Assembly (NCBI GenBank): GCA_019058245.1
Contig: JAHPZJ010000030.1
Coordinates: 32,001-96,000, forward strand
DNA length: 64,000 bases
Direction: 5' to 3'
DNA from: Promethearchaeota archaeon
GTDB taxonomy: Archaea > Asgardarchaeota > Lokiarchaeia > Sigyniarchaeales > SOKP01
In this document: positions 38,397 to 48,106 of the stretch, in pieces
How the letters are laid out: each line of letters begins with the position of its first letter
Numbering within the stretch: the first letter of the stretch is position 1
Program-made: the position numbers and the translations under genes
Notes under the pieces: generated by a model
Told to the model about the DNA's origin: nothing
Databases searched by the model: none
What the model saw: the letters and a program-made list of their open reading frames with translations, nothing else

Positions 38397-39482
38397 TCAT
38401 ACATTTCGGTAAAACGGAGTAGATACAATCTCTCCTTTCAAGAGTTTATCACGAATTTTAATTTTAAGTTTTGTTCCAATTTGACTATACTGGGTTTCAA
38501 TTAATGCTAAACCAATTGTTTTTTTAAGGGTAGGTGAATATCCTCCAGAGGTAACAAAACCAATTTGATTATTATTTTTATAGATTTTATATTTTTCTCT
38601 TATAATACCGCGATCAATCAAATTAAGACCAACTAAAGTTCTTTTTGTTCCTTCAGTTTTTTGTTTGATCAACACATCTTTCCCAATATAATCAATTCCT
38701 TTTTTTGGTTTTACTAGCCAACTAAATCCTGCTTCGATAGGTGTTATGGTATCACTTATTTCATGACCATATAAAGCATAACAAGCTTCTAATCTTAATG
38801 AATCTCTTGCTCCTAGGCCTGCTGGTTTTGCTCCTGTATTTAATAATTCATTCCATATTATATCTGCGAATTCATTTTTAAAAGAGATTTCAAATCCACG
38901 TTCACCTGTATATCCTGTTCTTGCTATAAAGACAGGACTATCTTTAATTGAACAATGAGTTGAATAAAATCTTTTAAGTTTTGAAAGATCAATATCTATA
39001 AGTGGTTGAAGATATTCATCTGCTTTTGGTCCTTGAAATGCTAATCGAGATCTTTTTAATGATAAGTTAGTTATTTTGATATCTAATTCTCCAATATGGC
39101 TGATTAACCATTGATAATCTTTTTCAATATTACTCGCATTTACAATCATTCTAAAATGTTCAGAGGTTTCCTCATAGTATACAAGATCATCTACAACCGC
39201 TCCATTTTCATAACACATACAGGAATATTGCCCTTTAGAGGGTTCTAATAAATTTAAATCGTTTATCATAACATATTGAAGAAATTTTATGACATCTTTT
39301 CCTTCGAGGATAAATTCACCCATATGCGAGATATCAAATATACCTGCATAAGAACGAACTGCCAAATGTTCTTTTATTATACTTTCATATTGAACTGGCA
39401 TATACCAACCCGCAAAATTAACCATCCGTGCACCAAGTTTTAAGTGAGTTTCATAGAATGCAGTTTTTTTAAGATTATTCAT
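38397..39482 (-). CDS. gcvT: Glycine cleavage aminomethyltransferase
   Basis: FDISHMG, RTGYTGERGFE, GLGARDSLRLEA. Confidence 0.96.
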   Translation of the reverse strand: MNNLKKTAFYETHLKLGARMVNFAGWYMPVQYESIIKEHLAVRSYAGIFDISHMGEFILEGKDVIKFLQYVMINDLNLLEPSKGQYSCMCYENGAVVDDLVYYEETSEHFRMIVNASNIEKDYQWLISHIGELDIKITNLSLKRSRLAFQGPKADEYLQPLIDIDLSKLKRFYSTHCSIKDSPVFIARTGYTGERGFEISFKNEFADIIWNELLNTGAKPAGLGARDSLRLEACYALYGHEISDTITPIEAGFSWLVKPKKGIDYIGKDVLIKQKTEGTKRTLVGLNLIDRGIIREKYKIYKNNNQIGFVTSGGYSPTLKKTIGLALIETQYSQIGTKLKIKIRDKLLKGEIVSTPFYRNV

Positions 39483-39669
39483 CTAATCCCTCAATATTCC
39501 CACGCTTATTTACTTTTTTAATGTGTTGAGTTATATAGTGAGATAGAATCGTATGCTTAATTAAAATTTTTTGGCTTTTAGATAAGACCTAAAAGTTTAC
39601 ATTATTAATTTTAAGATATTAGACTCAAATCGTAAAAATTTATTTATTAAGTATGTTTTAATAAAAAAA

Positions 39670-40545
39670 ATGAATGAAAAAAATATTGAGAATCAATATT
39701 TGTCATTAAAAGACTTAATCTCTGAGAGTCTTATAAGAGATTTGATTTTATTCACTTTTCTTTTTATATTAATAATTACTCAATCATGGGAAAGTATATT
39801 ACTATTGTTATTTCCTCTTATAACATTTACATTTTCTTTTTTCTTTCGGATTATAAAAATTAATAAAAAGAGGACTAAATTTGAAAATGATCTAATTATT
39901 TATAATCCTTTAGGTTTGGAAGGAAAGAATGCAAATCGGTTATTTTTTTGTTCATTATTTCAACTAATTTTAATTTTTTGGATAGGTGCTGAGTCTTTAT
40001 ATAATCCACTTATAGTAAATAATTATATCTTATATTTTATTGGTTTATTTACTTTTTTTTATACATTTGGATTTTTTTGGATTTTTATTGATTTATGGAA
40101 GTACATCGGGATAAAAATCATTACAGATATGAATGTGGACAAGAATGATCTTCAGATTTCTGGAGATTTTAGAAATATTATTTCATTTATAAAACTAAAA
40201 AATTTTAAATTGATTTCGTTAACAACATTCGTGGTTTTTATATGTTTGAATATAATAAATTTGATAATATCTTTGCTTTTAAATAATAATCCTAATTTTG
40301 GTATGAAAATTTACCTTCCAGGTCTTCAATTAATAATAATTCCATATTTTTATTATGTTGTTCTTATAATTCCACCAGTTTTATCGATACTTCTTCTAAT
40401 TTTAAATTATAGAACTATTAATAATTTTAGTAGAGAAAAATTAGATAGAATTATTGCGCCATTACCTAAAAACTTGCAAGTAAAAATAATTGAAAACCTT
40501 AAAGCATTGAATAATAAAATTAAAAAACAATTAAATACGGAATAA
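39670..40545 (+). CDS. Hypothetical membrane protein (~6 TM)
   Basis: 291-aa ORF with hydrophobic segments; no recognised motif. Confidence 0.7.
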   Translation: MNEKNIENQYLSLKDLISESLIRDLILFTFLFILIITQSWESILLLLFPLITFTFSFFFRIIKINKKRTKFENDLIIYNPLGLEGKNANRLFFCSLFQLILIFWIGAESLYNPLIVNNYILYFIGLFTFFYTFGFFWIFIDLWKYIGIKIITDMNVDKNDLQISGDFRNIISFIKLKNFKLISLTTFVVFICLNIINLIISLLLNNNPNFGMKIYLPGLQLIIIPYFYYVVLIIPPVLSILLLILNYRTINNFSREKLDRIIAPLPKNLQVKIIENLKALNNKIKKQLNTE

Positions 40546-40611
40546 AAATTTATTAACATCATAACTTATATTATTATAATTAATATCTTCTAAAGATTTA
40601 GGTTCTGTATC

Positions 40612-41145
40612 ATGACTCTGAGAAAATTGCTCTTTAAGGTGGTTATTGTAGGAGATGGGGGCGTAGGAAAGAGTACTATGGTGCAGAGACTAACAACAGG
40701 AGAGTTTATACCACAAAAAATTACAATAGGAACGGACCTTGCTGTTGTAAACATAGAGATTGATAATGAAATTACAGTTAGTCTCCAGATCTGGGATTTT
40801 GCTGGAGAGAGGCGTTTTCGAATATTCTTACCTAATTACTCTCGAGGCGCTACGGGATGTTTACTTTGTTATGATATTACTAGACAAACTAGTTTTGAAA
40901 GTCTGGATGAGTGGTTTAATATTGTTAATGATAACGCTGAAAATCCTGTTTTTATCTTAGTTGGAGAAAAACTTGATTTAGCTGATATTAGGAGGAGTGT
41001 AGAGTATAGCCATGGTAAAGAATTCAAAAATCAATATGATTTAGATTACTTTTTTGAGACTTCCTCAAAAAGTGGTGAAAATAATATGATGATTTTTGAA
41101 ACCTTAACTCGTAAAATCCTTGAAAAACGTAAAGTGCTTGATTAA
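40612..41145 (+). CDS. Rab-like small GTPase
   Basis: GDGGVGKS, TIGTD, WDFAGERRF, EKLD, ETSSK. Confidence 0.93.
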   Translation: MTLRKLLFKVVIVGDGGVGKSTMVQRLTTGEFIPQKITIGTDLAVVNIEIDNEITVSLQIWDFAGERRFRIFLPNYSRGATGCLLCYDITRQTSFESLDEWFNIVNDNAENPVFILVGEKLDLADIRRSVEYSHGKEFKNQYDLDYFFETSSKSGENNMMIFETLTRKILEKRKVLD

Positions 41146-41210
41146 AAATAATTCTGGTATTTTAATAGAAATATAATAAGGAAATAAAAATAATTTAAAA
41201 TATGTTAATT

Positions 41211-42155
41211 TTATTCTTCAAGAATGTCTTTTAGCTCATCTACGTTAAGCTTTAAATATTTAGCTGTTACTAAATCTTTACCTAGAAGATTTAGAAAGTT
41301 TTTCTTTCGTTTTTTATTTAAGAACTTTTTCATCTCAGATAAATCTGGATTAGGATCGGTAATTTCAATCAACTTCTTTTTTACTGCTGTATCTACTAAT
41401 TTTTGTCCAATATCAGTTCTAATAATTAAAAATGACTCTCCTGAACCTTTTGGAGCTCCCCAAGGAGAGTAGGAAATATCTGAAAATTCTCCTGAAAAAT
41501 CTGTGCAGTATTTGCAGCCTGTCATTCCACCAGAAGAGCAAGCAAAAGCTATTTTTAGCGATGTACGTTCTGCTCCAGTATTAAAGTCAGAGACTAAAAT
41601 TTTGGCAAGTCCTTGTAAATGACATGGATTAGCAATAATCCCAATATCCCGCTTGTAATCCTTATAAGCTTGACCAATTCCGGTAATTAAAGGGCCAGCA
41701 TTATCCATTGTAGCATTTGGTATGTATTTTTTAGCATCCTTAGCATTATCAACTACAATAGGAAACGCAACGGGTGGTTTTTTACTTTTTGGCTCACTCA
41801 AAACCATGTGTTTCACGATGCCAGCATCAAAAGCCGCAGCAACTAAATTATATAGAATTGGGTCTTTATTTTTTGATTTTACTTGAATTATATCATTATA
41901 AACTCCAACAGCTAGATCTACACGGGTTTTTCCAAATAGTTTCAGTTCAATTTCCGATATAGGAAGAAATGATCGTGGACAAGAGTTGTAACAGAGACCT
42001 ACAGTCTCAGCACATTCATCTACTACATAAGCCTCCCCACTTTCCTTATTAAAGTCCATATGTGGACAAAAGGCATTACAAGTTCCACAGTGAATACATA
42101 ATCCTGCATAGATCACTTCATTTTCGAGATCTTGACTCGATTTTTCAATTTTCAT
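41211..42155 (-). CDS. Coenzyme F420 hydrogenase/dehydrogenase beta subunit family (FrhB-like)
   Basis: CIHCGTCNAFCP ferredoxin motif, NPCH, GCKYCTDFSGEFSDIS. Confidence 0.88.
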   Translation of the reverse strand: MKIEKSSQDLENEVIYAGLCIHCGTCNAFCPHMDFNKESGEAYVVDECAETVGLCYNSCPRSFLPISEIELKLFGKTRVDLAVGVYNDIIQVKSKNKDPILYNLVAAAFDAGIVKHMVLSEPKSKKPPVAFPIVVDNAKDAKKYIPNATMDNAGPLITGIGQAYKDYKRDIGIIANPCHLQGLAKILVSDFNTGAERTSLKIAFACSSGGMTGCKYCTDFSGEFSDISYSPWGAPKGSGESFLIIRTDIGQKLVDTAVKKKLIEITDPNPDLSEMKKFLNKKRKKNFLNLLGKDLVTAKYLKLNVDELKDILEE

Positions 42156-42186
42156 TTGTTTTAACCATGTTCGTTATTTTTTGATT

Positions 42187-42202
42187 GTGTGAAATTTCAC
42201 AC
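42187..42202. promoter_or_regulatory. Perfect 16-bp palindrome, putative operator of the FrhB-like gene
   Basis: GTGTGAAATTTCACAC, 32-47 nt upstream of the start and downstream of a TATA-like box (~42221-42228). Confidence 0.55.
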
Positions 42203-42344
42203 TAAGTAAAATCCAGCACTAATAAAAAGGTTTTTTATCAACTATTAAAAATTAAAATTCCTTTTTTTTAGGTTTCAATTAATTGAGTTTGTAATATTCA
42301 TATCAAAAAGAAACTAAAAACGAAAAAGAAAAACACTTTTTAAA

Positions 42345-42617
42345 TTAATCTAAAAAACGAGAACAAGTTTTATCAAGTTTTTTTATTAGATGATCTCGAT
42401 CTTTCCAAATGATCCATGTGCTTCCCGATTTTTCGAAATGAAACCCATCATATTCATCTTTAATTTTGGTTAGAGATTTCTTAATGAAACTCCAGGAAAA
42501 GCCAGTATCTTCAACAATTTTAGCAATAGCGATAGGATGATTTATTTCAAGAATTTCATTTAAATATGCTATTATTTTATCTAATCCTGTTTTAGGGGCA
42601 TTTTCTTTTTCAGACAT
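42345..42617 (-). CDS. Small winged-helix-like protein
   Basis: IAIAKIVEDTGFSWSFIKKSL HTH followed by beta-hairpin FEKSGSTWIIW. Confidence 0.65.
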   Translation of the reverse strand: MSEKENAPKTGLDKIIAYLNEILEINHPIAIAKIVEDTGFSWSFIKKSLTKIKDEYDGFHFEKSGSTWIIWKDRDHLIKKLDKTCSRFLD

Positions 42618-42719
42618 TTATAATTCATTTTGATTATTTGGAGTTTTTTTCATCTTTAATAAAAAAGAAGTTGAAATTATTATTTATTTTTTAATTCTAT
42701 AATATTATTCTTTGAATTT

Positions 42720-43904
42720 TCACTTATATTTAAGAAAATCTCCTGTCCGCATCAATTTAGTAGGGCGAAAATAATTTTTCCCCGATTTTTCAGCAAAGTC
42801 TTCTAATAACTTGGACCATTCTTTATATCTATCCTTTCCTAATTCAAATGGACCACGTGAACGCATTCCAGCAATCATAGTTTTATCAATTGTTTCATAA
42901 CTTGACACAATTCCTTCTTCTAAGAGCCTACAGCCTTCATTCATTTGAAGTGCCATAAAACATTCCATATTCGCTAAATTAGCTTTTTTTGCTCCATGAG
43001 TTATAGGCTTTCCATCCTCTGTCCATTCAAGAAAACCTTTTCCTGTTTTTCTTCCTAGATTCCCTTCATCAATTAGTTTGGTTAATGCTTTTCCAGTAGC
43101 AAAATCTGGAGATATATTTTCCTCAAAATATTTCACAGAATTACGTATTACATCTAAACCTAAATAATCTCTTTTAGCAAGCCCTCCCATTTGATTTGGA
43201 ACAACAAGATCTTCATTAAGATCCTTCCATGGAATTCCTTTTTCCATCGCAACATCAGTTAACCAATCTACATATGCTCCACTTGTTATAGTTAATCTAT
43301 TAACGATAAAGCCTGGACTTTCTTTTTCAATCCGGGCGACAAACTTTTTTCCTCCAATGTAAGGAAGCGATTCACCAATGGCCGCACCAATTTCAAAAGT
43401 CTCATCAGAGGTTTCTTTACCTTTAATCAGTTCAATCAATTCAAGTATAGGTATAGGTGTAAAAAAATGCATTCCGACTACTTTTTCAGGTCTACCAGAA
43501 CTAGAGGCAATTTCTGTAATACTCATTGTAGAAGTATTTGTAGCTAGAATCGTGTGTTCTGGAGCGGAATTACCTAATTTTTTAAAAGTTGATTGTTTAA
43601 GATCCATAAATTCTGGTACGGACTCAACTATATAATCGGCTTTAGATGCTTTTTCAAAATCTCTTTCTATAATTAATTTATCCAAAATACTTTTTGCAGA
43701 TTTTTCTCCTAGTAGTCCCTTAGTTTCTAATTTTTTAAGACCTGTTTCAATAAAATTGGCCGCAATGTCTAGGGTTTTCTGAGTTCTTGACCATAGTTTT
43801 ACACTTTCAAATTGATCAGACATGATCCCCACTTGGGCAATTTCACGGCCCATTGTACCAGCACCAATAACTGAAAATTCTTTATATTTACTAATATCTG
43901 TCAT
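42720..43904 (-). CDS. 3-hydroxyacyl-CoA dehydrogenase
   Basis: GAGTMG, ESVPE, ATNTST, GMHFF, PGFIVNR, LGRKTGKGF. Confidence 0.93.
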   Translation of the reverse strand: MTDISKYKEFSVIGAGTMGREIAQVGIMSDQFESVKLWSRTQKTLDIAANFIETGLKKLETKGLLGEKSAKSILDKLIIERDFEKASKADYIVESVPEFMDLKQSTFKKLGNSAPEHTILATNTSTMSITEIASSSGRPEKVVGMHFFTPIPILELIELIKGKETSDETFEIGAAIGESLPYIGGKKFVARIEKESPGFIVNRLTITSGAYVDWLTDVAMEKGIPWKDLNEDLVVPNQMGGLAKRDYLGLDVIRNSVKYFEENISPDFATGKALTKLIDEGNLGRKTGKGFLEWTEDGKPITHGAKKANLANMECFMALQMNEGCRLLEEGIVSSYETIDKTMIAGMRSRGPFELGKDRYKEWSKLLEDFAEKSGKNYFRPTKLMRTGDFLKYK

Positions 43905-44033
43905 CAGAATATCTTATAATTATTATTTTTTATAAATTAAATAATTTAAGAGGATAATAAAAGTTGTTGTTAAGAATCCCTTTTGAAAAGAATTTTACTT
44001 ATAATACTCTTTGATTTATCTGAATTTAAAATA

Positions 44034-45008
44034 TTAAATAGTATAAATATACCAAGAAAATAGCATTATACTAATCCCTAGAAAAATAGATATTGGCAAA
44101 CCGGGTAATATTTTATTTCTTTTCAATCCTAAAATAGTAAGACCTGTTCCTGAAATTATAGCAATAGCAGTTAAAATCATAACTACTATATTATTTGTCT
44201 GAATAAGGGCACTTGAAGTCAACATACTATAAAAAGCTAGGTCTCCTATCCCAATTTCCAATTTGGATGTATCATACTCATATTCTCCACTTTTAATTTT
44301 TTGTTTTAATTCTGAATCAGATGGAACATTTTGATCTTCTGGAAGTGATGCAATATCAATTAATTGTTTTATAGGTCCATGTTTATATAAAACAGCAAAG
44401 AGATCCCAACAAGAAATTCCGATTAATATGGCTAGAGTTGTCCAAAGAGGCATTATAACCCCCATAGTTGCTCCAATTAATAATCCTATATATAATACGA
44501 CAAAATTTTTTGTTTTTATTGATTCTGAAGTAAAATATTGATAAATCATAAAAATTGTAAAAATTGCTACAAGAATAATCAATTCAATATCAAGGATGTA
44601 AAATAAAAGTGGTGATCTTGAAAATAATAAATAAAGTACAATTTCTCCAAAAAACCAAGTTTGAAAAAACCCGATAAAGGCAAAAGTAAATCCAAAAAGA
44701 TACTTTAGAACACCTATACCTTTTTTTTTTATTATAAATACTATAATAAATGCTGAAACTGTTGCTAATGCTGTAAAAATTATTCCATTTAAAATTCCTC
44801 CTAGGGCACCCATTTCGCTCTCTGGAAGGTAACCCCCATCTACTTGAAATCCATACTCAACGTATGTTATATAAGCTAAAATTCCTGCAACAATTACTAC
44901 AAGTATTATAGGTAATGGATATAATTTTCTAGTTATTCTATATGTAGGAAAAAAGTGAGGGATAGAATCTTTTTTAACAACTTCTTTATCTTCAGAACTT
45001 TCAGCCAT
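44034..45008 (-). CDS. Presenilin-like GxGD intramembrane aspartyl protease
   Basis: SCWDLFAVL..GP, EIGIGDLAFYSML, LPGLPISI. Confidence 0.9.
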   Translation of the reverse strand: MAESSEDKEVVKKDSIPHFFPTYRITRKLYPLPIILVVIVAGILAYITYVEYGFQVDGGYLPESEMGALGGILNGIIFTALATVSAFIIVFIIKKKGIGVLKYLFGFTFAFIGFFQTWFFGEIVLYLLFSRSPLLFYILDIELIILVAIFTIFMIYQYFTSESIKTKNFVVLYIGLLIGATMGVIMPLWTTLAILIGISCWDLFAVLYKHGPIKQLIDIASLPEDQNVPSDSELKQKIKSGEYEYDTSKLEIGIGDLAFYSMLTSSALIQTNNIVVMILTAIAIISGTGLTILGLKRNKILPGLPISIFLGISIMLFSWYIYTI

Positions 45009-45131
45009 TATAAGGATTAGTTATTTAATTAAAATATTAATTTTTCGATTATAATATAAGTATTAGCTTAAATAACTTAAAAATAAAAAATCAAATTATT
45101 CAATTTTTGATTTCAAGAAAGAAACTTCTTA

Positions 45132-45905
45132 TTGACAGTAACTTTAAATATTTTTGTTATGCCAAAACTCCAAAAATATATGAAAAAAATAAGGAGATAT
45201 AAGGAAAAATTAAAGGAATTGATTATTCGTATAGGAATTTCTTACCCGATAGAACTTGAGTTGATTGATGAGACCCTAACAAAACTTATTTTGCCATGCC
45301 ATTTAGGAATAATGTTTTTTGGAGATTTTGATGTATCTTTCTTCAAAAAAATTTCAATTAATTTAAATCAAATATTTGATTCTTTTTTTTTTGATATTAG
45401 AAATTTAGGAAGTTTTAATTTTTCTATAAAACAGTTCTATAAAGGTGTAAAAAAGGAATTTAGAGAATTGAAAAAGACATCTACCAAAATTAAAATACAT
45501 CCAACTAATAAATTCTATCAAATTTTAATTAATAGAAGGAGAGAAGAAAACCTTGGTATGATACTTGCTATAACCGATCTTCCTATATTTTCAAGTACTA
45601 ATAATAATATATTATTTTTATTTGGAGAAGCCAACTTAAAACATCGTTGTTGTATAGTATCATCATTAATATTAAAAGAAGTATTTTATAATAGACAAGC
45701 AAATCGAGTTCTAGTTGAGAAACGTATTATTAAAGAAATAATCCACGAGGTTGGTCATTTAGTTTTAGGTCCTGATCATTGTGATAATCTCTCTTGCGTG
45801 ATGAGATTTTCCAAAAATATTGAGGAAATTGACCAAAAAAAAAAGGAATTATGTAAAAAATGTAAGATTAAATTAAACAAAATAAAAGATGATTTTAATT
45901 TCTAG
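45132..45905 (+). CDS. Archaemetzincin-like zinc metalloprotease (start uncertain)
   Basis: FLFGEA, KEIIHEVGHLVLGPDHC...CVM...CKKC. Confidence 0.85.
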   Translation: MTVTLNIFVMPKLQKYMKKIRRYKEKLKELIIRIGISYPIELELIDETLTKLILPCHLGIMFFGDFDVSFFKKISINLNQIFDSFFFDIRNLGSFNFSIKQFYKGVKKEFRELKKTSTKIKIHPTNKFYQILINRRREENLGMILAITDLPIFSSTNNNILFLFGEANLKHRCCIVSSLILKEVFYNRQANRVLVEKRIIKEIIHEVGHLVLGPDHCDNLSCVMRFSKNIEEIDQKKKELCKKCKIKLNKIKDDFNF

Positions 45906-45922
45906 AAGATATACAATAATAA

Positions 45923-47173
45923 TTAAAAACTAACGATTGGTAATTTATGGACAAAATCTTTAACTAATTCAACTCGTTCTTTCCTTTCCTTATTATAATA
46001 TCTCAAGGGATAAAGTTCATTAATAATAAATTTATAGAGTTTTATCCAAGTCTTGGCAACTTTGCTAATTCTATAATTTTGCGCCACCATTTTAGAGTGA
46101 ATTCCCATTTCTGCACGTAGATCGTCATCTTTAAATAATTCCACAATCCTTTTTTTGAATTCATCAAGATTATCAGCAAGATATCCTGTTTTGCCATGTT
46201 TAATTACATTTGAAATACCCACTGCATTTGCTCCGACGCAAGGTGTTCCTTGTGCCATTGCTTCAATTAGAACTAATCCTTCTGCTTCAATCCAAGACCA
46301 AAGACAAGCTAAATCGGCTGTATTGTATAATTTTAATAAATCTGTAAAAGGAACTCGACCTAAATAAGAAACTATATCCTTATAATTTTTCTTTTTAATC
46401 AACTTTAAAACTGCTGTAGATGAAGGTCCATCGCTCCCAACTAGGACTAAATGTGAATCCGGGACTTCTTTTTGAATTTTTTTAAAGGTTTTTATTACAT
46501 TCAAATGATATTTTTCAGGGGATAGCCTAGAAACATATAAAAGTATTTTTTTACTGTCTAAATTATATTTATCTCGTATCCCATTTTCCTTTACATCTGA
46601 AAAATATAAATCTGAAATTCCATTAGTTAAACATACTATTGGTTCTTTAAATCTTTGGTCTCTAAGTAAATCCTTTTTTGATTTTGTTGGCACAGAGACT
46701 AGATCATACTTATCTAAAACATGTCTTTCATACCGCCAAACCCAATCCATTCTTGCCAATAATTTGCCAAATATGGGAATATATTGTGCTGTATAAAAGG
46801 ATAACGGAGAGTTATGTGTTCCTGTCATCGGAATACCCAAATATTTTGCCCAATTGATTGCCATAGAACCAAAACTAGCATGTGTATGGATATGAGCAAT
46901 ATCTAAATAATCATGATTACAAAAAAAATATTTGTGTATTGGAAAACTTAATACTACTCCTGTTTTAGGTGAGATCTTAGCCCCAAAGAAGTTATGGAGG
47001 TGCAAATTCTTGGGAATGTTTTTAGGTTTTTCTATTCCTGGCGCATAAACATGAATGTCATGTCCGGTATATTTAGCCATTGCCTCAGCAAGGTTTCTAC
47101 AAGCAATTGCAGTACCATTTACTTGTGAATACATTGAAGTGAAAAATCCGATATTTAGCTTTTGTTTAACCAT
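45923..47173 (-). CDS. Glycosyltransferase family 4
   Basis: QVNGT, HIHT, VSRLSPEK, EAEGLVLIEAMAQGTP. Confidence 0.9.
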   Translation of the reverse strand: MVKQKLNIGFFTSMYSQVNGTAIACRNLAEAMAKYTGHDIHVYAPGIEKPKNIPKNLHLHNFFGAKISPKTGVVLSFPIHKYFFCNHDYLDIAHIHTHASFGSMAINWAKYLGIPMTGTHNSPLSFYTAQYIPIFGKLLARMDWVWRYERHVLDKYDLVSVPTKSKKDLLRDQRFKEPIVCLTNGISDLYFSDVKENGIRDKYNLDSKKILLYVSRLSPEKYHLNVIKTFKKIQKEVPDSHLVLVGSDGPSSTAVLKLIKKKNYKDIVSYLGRVPFTDLLKLYNTADLACLWSWIEAEGLVLIEAMAQGTPCVGANAVGISNVIKHGKTGYLADNLDEFKKRIVELFKDDDLRAEMGIHSKMVAQNYRISKVAKTWIKLYKFIINELYPLRYYNKERKERVELVKDFVHKLPIVSF

Positions 47174-47541
47174 TATGCTTCGATAGGTAAATGATTGAAC
47201 TATCTAGAAAAAAATATTTTGATAGAAAAAACATGTTTTTTTACTATATTTTAATTAAACATATGTTTATTTAAAAAGATATAAAGTTTAATAAAAAAAA
47301 CTCGGATTTTTAATAAGATTTGTATAGTTAAATATTATGCTATTTAATGTTAATCTTATATTATATTTATTTCTCCTTAATTATAATAATATGGGGATAT
47401 AATATTACTATTTAGATAATATCAAACCACAGATTTAAAGATAAAATTTTCTATAATTCTTATTAGTAATAATTTACAAAATAAGTAAAATTGAATAATA
47501 AATTAATAAAATTTTTTTGTATTGGAATATGATTTAATAAC

Positions 47542-47721
47542 ATGGATCTGCAAAAAGAAAAGGAAATTATTGATGAAATCATGAATCAACGAAGGTTATC
47601 TTATTCTATCGAAATATTAGATATTCAAGGAAATAAATATACCGTTCGTAATAATTTCGGTTCTTCAATTGTATATGTGAAGAAGGGCGATCATTTTTTT
47701 TTAGAGGGAGAAATAGACTAA
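47542..47721 (+). CDS. Small hypothetical protein, 59 aa (below track cutoff)
   Basis: MDLQKEKEIIDEIMNQRRLSYSIEILDIQGNKYTVRNNFGSSIVYVKKGDHFFLEGEID; protein-like composition in otherwise very AT-rich DNA. Confidence 0.65.
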   Translation: MDLQKEKEIIDEIMNQRRLSYSIEILDIQGNKYTVRNNFGSSIVYVKKGDHFFLEGEID

Positions 47722-48106
47722 AAATCTACATATTTTTATTCATACTATTCAATATCTCAGTTTTATTTTAAAAATTATTTATTTTTTAGGCTATTATGTT
47801 TTTAATTCAAAAAATTAAAAATATTATAATATTTATTAGTTAAGAATATAAAATAATAATTTTATAAATTAATTAACTGAAAGAAGATACTTAAATAATT
47901 TTAGTTGATAAAAAATTCGAAGAAGAAGAGCAGCATCAAATGCTACGGAAGGTAAATTCATTGAAAAATTTCGGGCAGTTATAGATGATAATACCTCCCT
48001 TACTATCTATAATAAAAAAAAAAGATCATTTTGCATTATACGAAGGGATTTAGCAAAATCTTATGAAATTGAGGTTGATGCTTCTGAAGCACCAATATTA
48101 AATAAG

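Noticed and set aside
41211-42155. Possible second selenoprotein (FrhB-like)
   Set aside because: The ORF is uninterrupted and uses ordinary Cys codons.
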